Position numbers and translations under genes: made by a program. The notes beneath the pieces were generated by a model. The model did no database searches. It was not told where the DNA came from and saw only the letters and a program-made list of their open reading frames with translations. Below, in pieces: positions 1 to 9,837 of a stretch of 64,000 bases of DNA. Origin of the DNA: Gammaproteobacteria bacterium (GTDB lineage: Bacteria > Pseudomonadota > Gammaproteobacteria > G965277405); NCBI GenBank assembly GCA_965277405.1, contig OZ255726.1, positions 1,344,001-1,408,000 of the forward strand. The letters are read 5' to 3'. How positions within the stretch are numbered: the first letter of the stretch is position 1; every line of letters starts with the position of its first letter.

Positions 1-846
1 CAACGGTAGACAACACACAGTTGTAACAAACCATTTGGACGCACCGTGGAGTTTTTGCGGCTGAAAAAAACTGATAGTTGGGGTATGATAGCGCTGTTTG
101 TTGCGGCTGTAATGCTCCCATAAAACGACAATCATCACGATGATAACGAGCAGCCCTGCCAGCTGCGATGAGGTGTTGATATCACCAAGTCCATACCACG
201 TGCGTATTACCCCAACTGCAATTGTTTGGATGCCTAAATAATCCATAGCGCCATATTCTGCAAGGGTTTCCATGACTATCAGCGACGCGCCAAGGGCTAT
301 ATATGGGCGCGCAAATGGCAGGCCGACGCGGAAAAAAGCATGAATATAGCTATTACCAAGGCTTCTGCATGCGCGGATGATAGCTGGTAGTTGTTGTTCA
401 AACGCATGTAACGCCAATACGTATACGTATGGATATAACACCAACGAGATAATAATAACAGCACCAACCATATTACCGACATTCACACTGCTGTTAAACA
501 GCGTGCGCGTGATAGTGTAGCCGATGCCTTGATAGCTAAAAAAACCATCATATACAAAAGCAGCGACATACGTTGGAATCGCTAATGGCAGTACCAGTAA
601 CCAACGCAATATTTTTTTTCCTGGAAACTCATAATGACTAATCAACCATGCCGCCGTTACGCCGATAATCACACTCAGCAGCCCGACGCCAACACCAACC
701 ACAATGGTGTTGGTTATGTATGAAATAAGTAAGTATTGAGTGATATGCGACCACTGCGCCAGATCAATTAAAAAAAATGAAGTAAATAAATAAATTACAG
801 GAGAGAGCACCAAAGCACACAACAACATCAACCAAAATTTCAACAT
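1..846 (-). CDS. Fe3+ ABC transporter permease (FbpB/FutB-like), runs off the window start
   Basis: Manual translation from ATG at 846: MLKFWLMLLCALVLSPVIYLF...AAWLISHYEFPGKKILRWLLVLPLAIPTYVAAFVY...LYPYVY...ACRSLG...LPFARP...METLAEYGA; lies downstream of the iron-binding protein gene. Confidence 0.85.
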   Translation of the reverse strand, partial: MLKFWLMLLCALVLSPVIYLFTSFFLIDLAQWSHITQYLLISYITNTIVVGVGVGLLSVIIGVTAAWLISHYEFPGKKILRWLLVLPLAIPTYVAAFVYDGFFSYQGIGYTITRTLFNSSVNVGNMVGAVIIISLVLYPYVYVLALHAFEQQLPAIIRACRSLGNSYIHAFFRVGLPFARPYIALGASLIVMETLAEYGAMDYLGIQTIAVGVIRTWYGLGDINTSSQLAGLLVIIVMIVVLWEHYSRNKQRYHTPTISFFQPQKLHGASKWFVTTVCCLPL

Positions 847-1018
847 TAACTTAGCTTCCTTAGGTCATTGCCGGAGCGCAATGGCTGGTGGATGGCTGCT
901 ATAAAATTGACAGTTAATGGTACTAACACCTGTTTGCCTCAGGCAGGCTAATATTAAGTTATTAGTAATGCCCAAGGAAGCTATGATTGAATAGTTTAGG
1001 CAATCCTGTACATACGAG

Positions 1019-2047
1019 TTATTTCCATCCAGCTTCGTCCATAACTCGAACAGCTTTGCTGTTGAGTTCACCAAGGCTCTGCATTGGAGTAGCCGTGTCG
1101 GCGACAAACGGATAACCTAGACCTTTGACAATCTCACTTGGCTCAATAGCTGCGCGCACAGGGTATTCATTGTTCACCTGGGCATACCACTGTTGCGCTT
1201 TTTCTGTAACCATATATTCCAATAATGCGAGCGCCTCGGCTGGGTTGTCTGAATTTTTAACAACACCACCGCCGGTGATATTGATATGCACACCGCGGCC
1301 ATCTTGATCCGTGAAAACCGCCGCAACTTTTTTTGCTGCTGCAAACTGTGCTGCATCAGCGGTATTGGTTTTCATAATAGCAAGATAATAGGTGTTGACC
1401 AACGCCAGATCACACACGCCCTCAGCAATACCCATAATTTGGGCGCGGTCATTCCCTTTAGGATTTCTGCCAAAATTCTTAACCACGCCCGTTGCCCATG
1501 CCTTGGCAGCTTTACGTCCTGAATGCTGGATGAATGCGGCAACAAACGACTGATTATAGATATTTGACGAGCTGCGGATGCAGATTTTGTCCTTCCATGC
1601 AGGCTTGACAAGATCAGCGTAATCTTGCACAGCATTTGCAGCAACTCTATCAAGTGAACGCACCACAATACGCGCACGCTTGGTCATTGCAAACCAACGG
1701 TTATCACTATCGCGCAGCGTAGCCGGTACAGCAGCATTCAGCGCATCACTTGGGGTAGAGAGTAACAGTCCCTTGTTTGCCGCATTAACCAAGTTGCCAG
1801 CATCAGTCGTCAGCAAGATATCTGCTTGGGTGTTGTTGCCTTCTGCTTGAATTCGTTCAATCAGCGCATTAGGTTTGCCAGTAATTAAACGCGTTTTGAT
1901 TCCAGTATCTGCGGTAAAACGGTCAAGCAACGGTTGGATTAAATCTGTAGAGCGAGATGCATACACATCCACAGTTCCAGCATGGCTAAAACTTGCAAGA
2001 ACGGCAGCTATACAAGCGATGATGGCTATCAGTGTTGTATGTTTCAT
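1019..2047 (-). CDS. Fe3+ ABC transporter substrate-binding protein (FbpA/FutA family)
   Basis: Signal peptide MKHTTLIAIIAC...SHA; motifs RARI, CIRSSSNIYNQS, GNDRAQI, VNTYY, GVHINITG; Fur box upstream. Confidence 0.9.
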   Translation of the reverse strand: MKHTTLIAIIACIAAVLASFSHAGTVDVYASRSTDLIQPLLDRFTADTGIKTRLITGKPNALIERIQAEGNNTQADILLTTDAGNLVNAANKGLLLSTPSDALNAAVPATLRDSDNRWFAMTKRARIVVRSLDRVAANAVQDYADLVKPAWKDKICIRSSSNIYNQSFVAAFIQHSGRKAAKAWATGVVKNFGRNPKGNDRAQIMGIAEGVCDLALVNTYYLAIMKTNTADAAQFAAAKKVAAVFTDQDGRGVHINITGGGVVKNSDNPAEALALLEYMVTEKAQQWYAQVNNEYPVRAAIEPSEIVKGLGYPFVADTATPMQSLGELNSKAVRVMDEAGWK

Positions 2048-2105
2048 AGCTAATTGGGTATAGTAATAAAATGTATTATTGTAGCCATGGTCAAACAACT
2101 GTCAA

Positions 2106-2124
2106 GAGAATAGTTATCATTATG
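2106..2124 (-). promoter_or_regulatory. Fur box
   Basis: Minus strand CATAATGATAACTATTCTC, 15/19 to GATAATGATAATCATTATC, upstream of the iron transporter. Confidence 0.75.
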
Positions 2125-2250
2125 ATTAACGGACGGATTCATTAGCTGGCAACATGTGATTGCAGCGGTGTACTTATCAGAGGTTCTGTATACCTAACGC
2201 CGCTATTGTTATAAACTTGATTGTTTGGCACTTTATTCACAGGAAGTTAC

Positions 2251-3711
2251 ATGCTTACTCCAATAGAAACTTTCAAACAACAAGTTACAACCCAGTTTGG
2301 TGCACATCTGCTGGTAACAAATCTGCGCGAACGTGTTGCGTTTGAATGCGATGCGCTGACGATTATCAAGCAAGTCCCTCCTGTCGTTGTGCTTGTGGAA
2401 AACGCAGAGCAAATTTGCCAAATTGTCGCATGGTGTCAAGAATTGCACCTTCCAATTGTGCCGCGTGGTGCTGGCACTGGGCTTTCTGGTGGCGCCACAC
2501 CCCATGCACAAGGTGTGTTGCTGGTGTTAACTAGAATGTGCGATTTTGAAGAAATTGACGTGGACAACCGCACCTTGCGTGTCCAGCCGTGCGCGACAAA
2601 TTTATCACTGAGCGCAGCAGTAGCGCAGCTGGGGTTGTTTTTTGCACCAGACCCTTCGTCGCAACTTGCCTCGACTATCGGAGGAAATGTTGCAGAAAAT
2701 TCAGGCGGCGTCCATTGCTTAAAATATGGTTTAACTGTCCACAATGTTGTTGGTGTCAACATCGTCAACGCCGACGGCAAACTGTTACAAATTGGGAGCA
2801 ACACCTTACAAACGGCGGGGTTTGACTTGTTGTCAATCATCCATGGCAGCGAAGGGCTGTTAGGGATTATCACAGAGGTAACGGTGCGATTGCTCCCCAA
2901 GCCACAAGCAGTAGAAGTCATGATGATTGCGTTTTCAGCTATGACAGATGCCGCGAATGCGGTCGCAGATATTATTGCTAGCGGGGTGATTCCTGCAGGA
3001 TTGGAAATGATGGACGGGGTGGTTAGCAAAGAGGTTGAAGCATGGTTACACATTGGCTATCCGACAGATGCTGATGCGGTGTTGCTGTGTGAGCTTGACG
3101 GCAGCAATGAGGAGATTGCCATCAACAAAAACATTGTTGTCAGACTGATGGAAAAACACCATGCCATGTCGTTGCGTTGCGCGGCAACTAAAGAAGAGCA
3201 AATGCTGTTTTGGCAAGGGCGTAAATCTGCTTTCCCGTTAGCAGGGGGGCTGGCCGCAGATTATCTGTGTATAGATGGAAGTATTAAACGGCGTTTTCTG
3301 GCGCAAGTTCTGCTCAAAATAAACGCACTCACCGCTGCATACGGGTTGCGTGTTTTGAATGTTTTTCATGCCGGCGATGGCAATTTACACCCACTAATAT
3401 TATTTGATGCCAGTGTCGGGGATGAAAAACAACGGGCTCAGGGATTAGCAAACGCCATCATGAGTCAGTGTATTCAAGCAGGAGGCACGATTAGCGGTGA
3501 ACACGGGGTGGGTCTTGAAAAGCTCGACGGGATGTGTGAGCAATTCACTACAAATGAACTGCGCATCTTTGAAAAAATCAAGTCCGCGTTTGACCCAAGC
3601 CGTATCTTTAACCCTGAAAAAGCGATCCCAACGCTTGCTCGTTGCGCTGAACTTGGCGGCATGCATGTGCATAATGGGAACATTCCTTTTCCCCATCTTG
3701 AGCGGTTATGA
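2251..3711 (+). CDS. glcD: Glycolate oxidase subunit GlcD (FAD-linked)
   Basis: PRGAGTGLSGGA, PDPSSQ, GGNVAENSGGVHCLKYG, HAGDGNLHP, GEHGVG, C-terminal RCAELGGMHVH. Confidence 0.92.
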   Translation: MLTPIETFKQQVTTQFGAHLLVTNLRERVAFECDALTIIKQVPPVVVLVENAEQICQIVAWCQELHLPIVPRGAGTGLSGGATPHAQGVLLVLTRMCDFEEIDVDNRTLRVQPCATNLSLSAAVAQLGLFFAPDPSSQLASTIGGNVAENSGGVHCLKYGLTVHNVVGVNIVNADGKLLQIGSNTLQTAGFDLLSIIHGSEGLLGIITEVTVRLLPKPQAVEVMMIAFSAMTDAANAVADIIASGVIPAGLEMMDGVVSKEVEAWLHIGYPTDADAVLLCELDGSNEEIAINKNIVVRLMEKHHAMSLRCAATKEEQMLFWQGRKSAFPLAGGLAADYLCIDGSIKRRFLAQVLLKINALTAAYGLRVLNVFHAGDGNLHPLILFDASVGDEKQRAQGLANAIMSQCIQAGGTISGEHGVGLEKLDGMCEQFTTNELRIFEKIKSAFDPSRIFNPEKAIPTLARCAELGGMHVHNGNIPFPHLERL

Positions 3712-3839
3712 TTGATCAACGCTTTGTTGGGGGGGTATATCATCGCCATTGCTCTGGAGGGAGCGTTGTGATTATCGGCATTTGCAGCAAATTCGTCGCG
3801 CTTGCGGTTAAAATTTGGCCGCTTAATGCGAACTGCTGA

Positions 3840-4934
3840 ATGCAACAGCCAGCATCAGTACAGCAATATTATAAAGCGATAGCGGATAAGCGGCCTATTT
3901 TCATATCAGGCAACCAATCAACATGGGGTGAGCTTGCTCAGCAACGTCACACTGTTATCGATACATCGCAAACATCATATGCAGCTATTTGTACTCGTGA
4001 TAACGTCGGCATTATTGAATATGAACCGAGCGAAATGGTTATCCGTGTGCGTGCTGGCACACTGATAGCAGATATTAACGCTACCCTGGTACAATCGCAA
4101 CAAATGCTGGGTTTTGAACCTGCCACACATTCAGGAAAAGCCACTATCGGCGGTGCGGTTGCCGTTGGTAATAGTGGCGCTGCAAGACCATATTATGGTG
4201 CGTGCCGTGATTTTGTATTGGGGGTTGGAATGGTGACTGGTGAAGGGCAGTTTTGCAATTTTGGCGGGCAGGTCATGAAGAACGTTGCAGGATTTGACGT
4301 TGCAAAATTATTGGTTGGTTCACATGGGTTGCTTGGTCTGATACATGATATTAGCTTGCGGGTGCTGCCGCTGCTGCCTGTTACCACAACCATCAGCATC
4401 AATCTTACCGCCGCACAAGCCATTGGTGTTATGAACCTGCTTGCAGGGATTCAACTGCCGATCAATGCGCAAATATGGCATGCGCATACATTGTATATTC
4501 GGCTGCACAACCACGGCGAAGTTGTTGAAAAGTCTATTGCTGCTATTCAAGCGGCAATCAATACATGGCAACAGCAACATGCGGATATTACAGGTGATCT
4601 TGAAGTTACAGCTGCAGATAATAATATTTGGGACTTGGTGAAAGAGGATGCATTGCTCCCACAAACCGCGTTGCTACGGGTGGTGTGCCCACAAAATGCA
4701 CCTGTTGTCGGGTCACCATTGTTAATCGATTGGGCCGGGGGGCTACGATTGTATGCAGCCTCCGCTGGAGTTGGTCTGGCACAGCAAACCAACCATACGG
4801 TATGGTTGTGGAAAAATCACCGGCTGCTCTGCGATATACAATCGCCAATGTCACCAGAAATTCAGAAAATTAATACCAATCTCCGCGCGGTTTTCGACCC
4901 TTACGCGCTTATCCACCAAAGGCTGCGTTTTTAG
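3840..4934 (+). CDS. glcE: Glycolate oxidase FAD-binding subunit GlcE
   Basis: YEPSEMVIRVRAGT, ATIGG, FGGQVMKNVAGFDVAKL, DWAGGLR; lies between glcD and glcF. Confidence 0.88.
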   Translation: MQQPASVQQYYKAIADKRPIFISGNQSTWGELAQQRHTVIDTSQTSYAAICTRDNVGIIEYEPSEMVIRVRAGTLIADINATLVQSQQMLGFEPATHSGKATIGGAVAVGNSGAARPYYGACRDFVLGVGMVTGEGQFCNFGGQVMKNVAGFDVAKLLVGSHGLLGLIHDISLRVLPLLPVTTTISINLTAAQAIGVMNLLAGIQLPINAQIWHAHTLYIRLHNHGEVVEKSIAAIQAAINTWQQQHADITGDLEVTAADNNIWDLVKEDALLPQTALLRVVCPQNAPVVGSPLLIDWAGGLRLYAASAGVGLAQQTNHTVWLWKNHRLLCDIQSPMSPEIQKINTNLRAVFDPYALIHQRLRF

Positions 4935-4964
4935 CGCCGAGCATCATTAACATTGGTTTTTTCC

Positions 4965-6209
4965 ATGTTTGTTGCAATCGACAAAAATATCCCACCAGCA
5001 CAGGCGCAACAAGCGCGTAAAATACTCAATACATGCGTCCATTGCGGCATGTGTAACGCGACATGCCCAACGTATCTGGTCACCCAAAATGAGCTTGATG
5101 GTCCACGTGGTCGAATTTATCAAATGCTAGATTTTTACCAGAGCAACACGTTCGATGCTACCACGCTTGCCCATCTTGATGCGTGTTTAAGTTGTGGCAA
5201 CTGCATCACCACCTGCCCTGCAGACGTGCAATATCTCGATCTTCTCGAAATTACCAAGCCATTATTAGAAAAGCACGCCAAGCGCGGCATAAGCTACAAC
5301 ATAAAAAAATGGATGTTGCTAAGTTTTTTTAGCTCACCGCAATTCAACGTCGTTTTCTTTAAGGCGTTGCGGAATATTGCCCCACAATTACTCGTGCCAA
5401 CCAAATACAAAGCACTGCTGCGTAGACCGCCACGCCGCTCCCAGCAGCGCATTGACAACAGCAAGGCAAACACAATATCACCAGCAACTACCATTTTTCT
5501 CCACCAAGGCTGTGTCCAAAAAGGCGCAACCCCAGAAGTCAATGCAGCAGCGCGGGCAGTGTTAGAGCATTGCGGCTATACAGTAACCACCGCAAGCAAC
5601 GAACAATGTTGTGGTGCGATGGCATTGCACCTTGGTGATGAACAGCGCGCCAAACAACAACTGCAACACAATGTTCGCCTTGCCAACCAGCAGCATGCCG
5701 CTGTAATTACCAATGCGTCCAGCGCATGCAGCTTGATGATGAAACAAAAAATTGCCGTAGATAATTGGCACAGCGCTAATAACTCTGACAGTCTCGGCAT
5801 TGATAGCGTAGAAATAAGCGATTTGATTTTTCCGTATATAAATATCTTTCCCAAAGTACAGCGCCAACGCATTGCATTTCACCCCCCGTGCACGTTGCAA
5901 CATGGGCATATCAAACGTGAGCAGATAGAAACTCTGTTAGCTTGTTTAGGCTACACCCTTCTGCCTATTCGCAACGACCATTTGTGTTGTGGTTCGGCTG
6001 GCACGTATTCAATTTTTCAACCAGAACTTGCCAATACAATTGGCGATAAAAAAATTGAAACGCTTGAGGAATTGCATGCGGATTTAATCGTCACCGCAAA
6101 TATAGGCTGCCAAATTTTTTTAGGCCAAAAAACCAACCACAAGGTTTATCATTGGCTAGAACTCCTTGAAACATGTATTGCGGGTTATCAAACCGCTGAT
6201 GATAACTAA
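4965..6209 (+). CDS. glcF: Glycolate oxidase iron-sulfur subunit GlcF
   Basis: CVHCGMCNATCPTY, ELDGPRGRI, CLSCGNCITTCP, two CCG domains (CCGAM, CCGSAGTY), TANIGC. Confidence 0.9.
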   Translation: MFVAIDKNIPPAQAQQARKILNTCVHCGMCNATCPTYLVTQNELDGPRGRIYQMLDFYQSNTFDATTLAHLDACLSCGNCITTCPADVQYLDLLEITKPLLEKHAKRGISYNIKKWMLLSFFSSPQFNVVFFKALRNIAPQLLVPTKYKALLRRPPRRSQQRIDNSKANTISPATTIFLHQGCVQKGATPEVNAAARAVLEHCGYTVTTASNEQCCGAMALHLGDEQRAKQQLQHNVRLANQQHAAVITNASSACSLMMKQKIAVDNWHSANNSDSLGIDSVEISDLIFPYINIFPKVQRQRIAFHPPCTLQHGHIKREQIETLLACLGYTLLPIRNDHLCCGSAGTYSIFQPELANTIGDKKIETLEELHADLIVTANIGCQIFLGQKTNHKVYHWLELLETCIAGYQTADDN

Positions 6210-6241
6210 TAACGCTGGGCAACCACGCTGATGATAACTAA

Positions 6242-6528
6242 GGAAGTTCTGATTAAGTCCATGATGGGCGAGACGGAGAAAAAACGCTGATGATAACTAG
6301 ACGCAGTGCGCAGATAATACTGGTGGTATTATCAAGTGCTGCAACGACGTTAGCGCAGCGTTTTTTCCCGTCCTTCTGTTGAATATACAACGGTTTGATG
6401 GTAATTGCTGCGCTTGCTGTGTTGCATCCCTTGGCGTATATGCTACGGCATGCGCCTGCGGTTTGCGCCTTGCAATCATCAGCAATTACCATCAAACTCG
6501 CTCCATCAGCGACTTAATCAGAGCTTCC
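6242..6528 (+). mobile_element. MITE (~287 bp) with IS5-type terminal inverted repeats
   Basis: GGAAGTTCTGATTAAGTC...GACTTAATCAGAGCTTCC, flanked by a CTAA duplication (6238-6241 and 6529-6532); several homologous copies in the window. Confidence 0.85.
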
Positions 6529-6562
6529 CTAATAACGCAGGTCAAAAACCTGAGGATAGCAA

Positions 6563-7891
6563 TTAATCGACTGCAATTAGTTGTTGCAGCCGTTTAATCG
6601 TTGTTCGCGTTGCTCCGACATGCACGGCAATCGCTTGTTTTCCTGCATTGCCTTGTCGCCATGCTTGCTTGGGGTTTTCCAGTAAAGTTTGCACGGTTGC
6701 CGCAAGTTGGCGCGCATTCGTAACAGGGGTGATAGCACCACATTTACGCAGTAGTGCATGGGCAAATTGAAAATTATATTGGCTTGGTCCGCAGACAATA
6801 GGTTTGCCTGCATGCGCGGGCTCAATCACATTTTGCGAGCCTGTATCGACCAATGTTCCTCCAACAAAAACGACATCAGCGCATTGGTATAGCCAACCTA
6901 AATCGCCAATAGTGTCGACAATAATACAATTGCCTAGTGATGGCGTTCCTGCTTGGGTAGCTTGGGTAGCTTGGGTAGCTTGGGTAGCTTGGGTAGAGAG
7001 TGTGGAAAATAACCGATGGGGTAATGTTGCTTGGGAAACATGCTTGATAAAGTCGTTGGGATGGCGTGGTGCCCAAATCAGTAAGGTATTGTCGGTATGC
7101 AGCGCCCGCCACGCCTCAACAATATATCCCTCTTCACCGGCGCGGCTACTCGCCACGAGCCAAACGCGTTTGTTGGAGCAATACTGTATAAAGTTAGTAA
7201 ATTTTTTTGGAGTTTGTGGTATTTGTGGTGGGGTTTGTGGTGGAGTTTGTGGTAATGGTGCATCAAATTTGATTGACCCGGTAACCGATACCGCAACCTG
7301 TTGACCAAAGCGTTGCGCAACAATGCTAAAGCGTTTGCCAGCTTGGCGGGTTTGTGCAGCAATGAGTTCTGGCAACGGTAGCTGCAAGCAGCGCATGCGT
7401 AAGTAGCCGCGCATCGAGCGTGGGGACAACCGTCCATTGATAAGCGCAGTCCTGCAGTTATGTACCCGTGCCTGTGCTAATAAATTAGGCCATATTTCAG
7501 TTTCAATGGCAATAAACAATGCAGGCTGCACCCGCTTGAATGTCCGCGCCATCAACCAGCCGATATCAAAAGGGATATAGCGAATCGTCACCGCAATTGC
7601 TGGATGTGCAGTTTGCCATGTGGTTAATACAGCACGTCCAGTGGGTGTAGTGCAGGTCAGTAAAATTGTAGGGAGTGGTGACTGCGCATGCCAGCATTGC
7701 AGCAACTGACCAGCAATGCCAGCCTCACCAACTGATACTGCGTGAAGCCAATACCGATGTTGCCCTAGTGGAGCACAACTCAAGCGTTCGTTGAGGTGCT
7801 GTCGGTAGCGTGGGTCTGCCTTACTTTTGCGCAACACGCGTAGCAGCATTGCCGGGAAGAGTAGCCATGCCAGCAGCCGCCACGTCAACAT
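6563..7891 (-). CDS. waaA: 3-deoxy-D-manno-octulosonic acid transferase
   Basis: WLHAVSVGE, TTPTG, ETEIWPNL, NGRLSPRS, TGSIKFD, APRHP, DTIGDL, FVGGTL, QNVIEPA. Confidence 0.9.
   Translation of the reverse strand: MLTWRLLAWLLFPAMLLRVLRKSKADPRYRQHLNERLSCAPLGQHRYWLHAVSVGEAGIAGQLLQCWHAQSPLPTILLTCTTPTGRAVLTTWQTAHPAIAVTIRYIPFDIGWLMARTFKRVQPALFIAIETEIWPNLLAQARVHNCRTALINGRLSPRSMRGYLRMRCLQLPLPELIAAQTRQAGKRFSIVAQRFGQQVAVSVTGSIKFDAPLPQTPPQTPPQIPQTPKKFTNFIQYCSNKRVWLVASSRAGEEGYIVEAWRALHTDNTLLIWAPRHPNDFIKHVSQATLPHRLFSTLSTQATQATQATQATQAGTPSLGNCIIVDTIGDLGWLYQCADVVFVGGTLVDTGSQNVIEPAHAGKPIVCGPSQYNFQFAHALLRKCGAITPVTNARQLAATVQTLLENPKQAWRQGNAGKQAIAVHVGATRTTIKRLQQLIAVD
6951..6996. repeat. 9-bp tandem repeat (GCTTGGGTA) x5 inside waaA, encoding TQA repeats
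   Basis: Seen directly in the sequence. Confidence 0.9.
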
Positions 7892-7907
7892 ATATGTCGT
7901 TGTAGAT

Positions 7908-8618
7908 TTATGTATGAGTAACAGCTGTACAGATTTGCCGTTGCATTGCTGCTGCTGCGTCGTGTGGCGTATCGAAACCATGATGGTCACGAATTGGCCT
8001 GCCAACAACAATATAGTCTGCACCATTGGCAAATGCCTGGGCAACGTTCACCGTGCGTTTTTGGTCATCACTGTTGCTTATTGGTCGTACTCCTGGGGTG
8101 ACGACCAGTAACGCATCACCAAATTGCTGTTTGATGCTAGCAGCTTCAAGACCTGAAGAAACGACACCAGCACAGCCGTAACCCAGCGCACGTTTTGCGC
8201 GTGAGAGGACTAATGCCTTAATATCGACGTCAAAGCCAAGGTCGTCTAAATCCCCTTGGTCGAGGCTAGTAAGCGCGGTAACTGCGAGTAATTGTAAGCG
8301 GGTGTTTGCCGCGCAGGCGGCTTGCATCACTGCATCATTGCCATGGATGGATATCATCGTTATGGGAAAATTATTGAGTTGCTTAACCGCAGACGCAACA
8401 GTTTGTGGTACATCAAACAATTTGACGTCAGCGAACACTTGTTTGTTTTGTGTCGCAAGCCATTCAATCAGGGTAAAATAATCTTTGGTCATGCACAGTT
8501 CTAAGCCAACTTTATAAAATACGCCAGCGTCACCTAAATCGCTAACGAGTTGTTTGGCCGCAGTGATATTAGCAACGTCCAATGCGACGATAAGCCTACT
8601 GTTTGTTGGTATGGTCAT
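7908..8618 (-). CDS. pyrF: Orotidine 5'-phosphate decarboxylase
   Basis: LIVALD, YKVGLEL, FADVKLFDVPQTV, VTALTS, TPGVRP, DDQKR, IVVGRPI. Confidence 0.93.
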   Translation of the reverse strand: MTIPTNSRLIVALDVANITAAKQLVSDLGDAGVFYKVGLELCMTKDYFTLIEWLATQNKQVFADVKLFDVPQTVASAVKQLNNFPITMISIHGNDAVMQAACAANTRLQLLAVTALTSLDQGDLDDLGFDVDIKALVLSRAKRALGYGCAGVVSSGLEAASIKQQFGDALLVVTPGVRPISNSDDQKRTVNVAQAFANGADYIVVGRPIRDHHGFDTPHDAAAAMQRQICTAVTHT

Positions 8619-9837
8619 ATTCTGCTTGGTAGCGTTTGGCGATGGCAACCCGCGCTGCATATACCGCATCTTTGATATTTTGCGGTGTCATTGTTGGGGT
8701 AATGACCGTGCGCGGCTGCAGTTGTTGTTGCGCTTGATAATGCCCTTCAAGGTATGCGGTTTGCTTACACGGATAGTTAGAAAACCCGTAGCGTCCACGG
8801 CTGTCTGCTTCACATACGCGCAAGTAGTTTGCTAACAAGTCATGATCACGCCAGACATCAAGTTGATTAAATAGCTTGATGATACTTGCTGGCTTAAGCT
8901 CAAATACCCGATGATAATGCAAGTGTAACTTGGTGATTTTGATTGCTTGCGCATGTGTTTTTTTATCCAGCCGCATCCGCTGGCAAAATGCATCAACTAA
9001 TGGAACGCCACTATGTTCATGCCCTTGGTGCGACGGCAATATATGTATTGGGGTAACGCCCTTGCCAAAGTCGTGGAGTAATGCACACCAACGCACGCAT
9101 GTGTTGGTTGCGGCATGCGCAGCAGCGTCGATGACTAACATCGTATGCAGCAAGCAATCAACTTCTGGATGCCATTTACGCGTTTGTGGTACGCCACTGA
9201 GTGATGCTAATTCAGGAAATATCTCTGCTAACGCCCCGCATTGATGCAAGATTGCAAAATACATTGATGGTTTAGCGCAGCGTAGCGCGCGTTCAGTCTC
9301 GCTAGTAATACGTTCCATAGAGAGGGTTGCAAGTTCACCGCTGGCAACGATGTTGCGCATTAATGCAATGGTTTCAGGGGCAACAGTAAACCCGTATTTA
9401 CACAGTTGGCTCGCAAAACGGGCAACCCGAAACACCCGCAGTGGGTCTTCACTAAACGCTGCGCTGACATGGCGCAATACCCTGTTTTGCAAATCAACAA
9501 CACCATGAAATGGGTCAATAATGTTGCCAGCATCATCCCGAGCCATGGCGTTGATGGTGATGTCGCGGCGCAGCAAATCATCTTCAAGCGAGATACTCGG
9601 CTGACAGTCAAAGCTAAACGCTTGGTGTCCAGCACCTACCTTGCGCTCCCGACGTGCTAATGCATATTCTTCTTTGCTGGTTGGGTGCAAATACACAGGG
9701 AAGTGCTTGCCAACGGCAATAAATCCATTTGCCAACATTTCTTGGTTGCTGCTGCCAACGACGACCCAGTCGTTATCAGTGGATTGAATGCCGAGCAGGG
9801 TGTCGCGGACAGCGCCGCCGACTAAATATGAATTCAT
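8596..9837 (-). CDS. cca: Multifunctional CCA-adding enzyme with HD domain
   Basis: YLVGGAVRD, DNDWVV, EEYALAR, DLLRRDITINAMA, EDPLRVFR, HPEVD, LLHDFGKG, ADSRGR. Confidence 0.93.
   Translation of the reverse strand: MNSYLVGGAVRDTLLGIQSTDNDWVVVGSSNQEMLANGFIAVGKHFPVYLHPTSKEEYALARRERKVGAGHQAFSFDCQPSISLEDDLLRRDITINAMARDDAGNIIDPFHGVVDLQNRVLRHVSAAFSEDPLRVFRVARFASQLCKYGFTVAPETIALMRNIVASGELATLSMERITSETERALRCAKPSMYFAILHQCGALAEIFPELASLSGVPQTRKWHPEVDCLLHTMLVIDAAAHAATNTCVRWCALLHDFGKGVTPIHILPSHQGHEHSGVPLVDAFCQRMRLDKKTHAQAIKITKLHLHYHRVFELKPASIIKLFNQLDVWRDHDLLANYLRVCEADSRGRYGFSNYPCKQTAYLEGHYQAQQQLQPRTVITPTMTPQNIKDAVYAARVAIAKRYQAEYDHTNKQ

Noticed and set aside
6253-6597. 60-137 aa ORFs overlapping MITE copies (also near 37322, 40683, 42007, 59166)
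   Set aside because: Starts, stops and frames are not conserved between copies.
7892-8044. Long N-terminal extensions in the ORF track (waaA, pgk, rbsK, SDR, amidohydrolase)
   Set aside because: They overlap upstream genes; downstream ATGs fit the family N-termini better.
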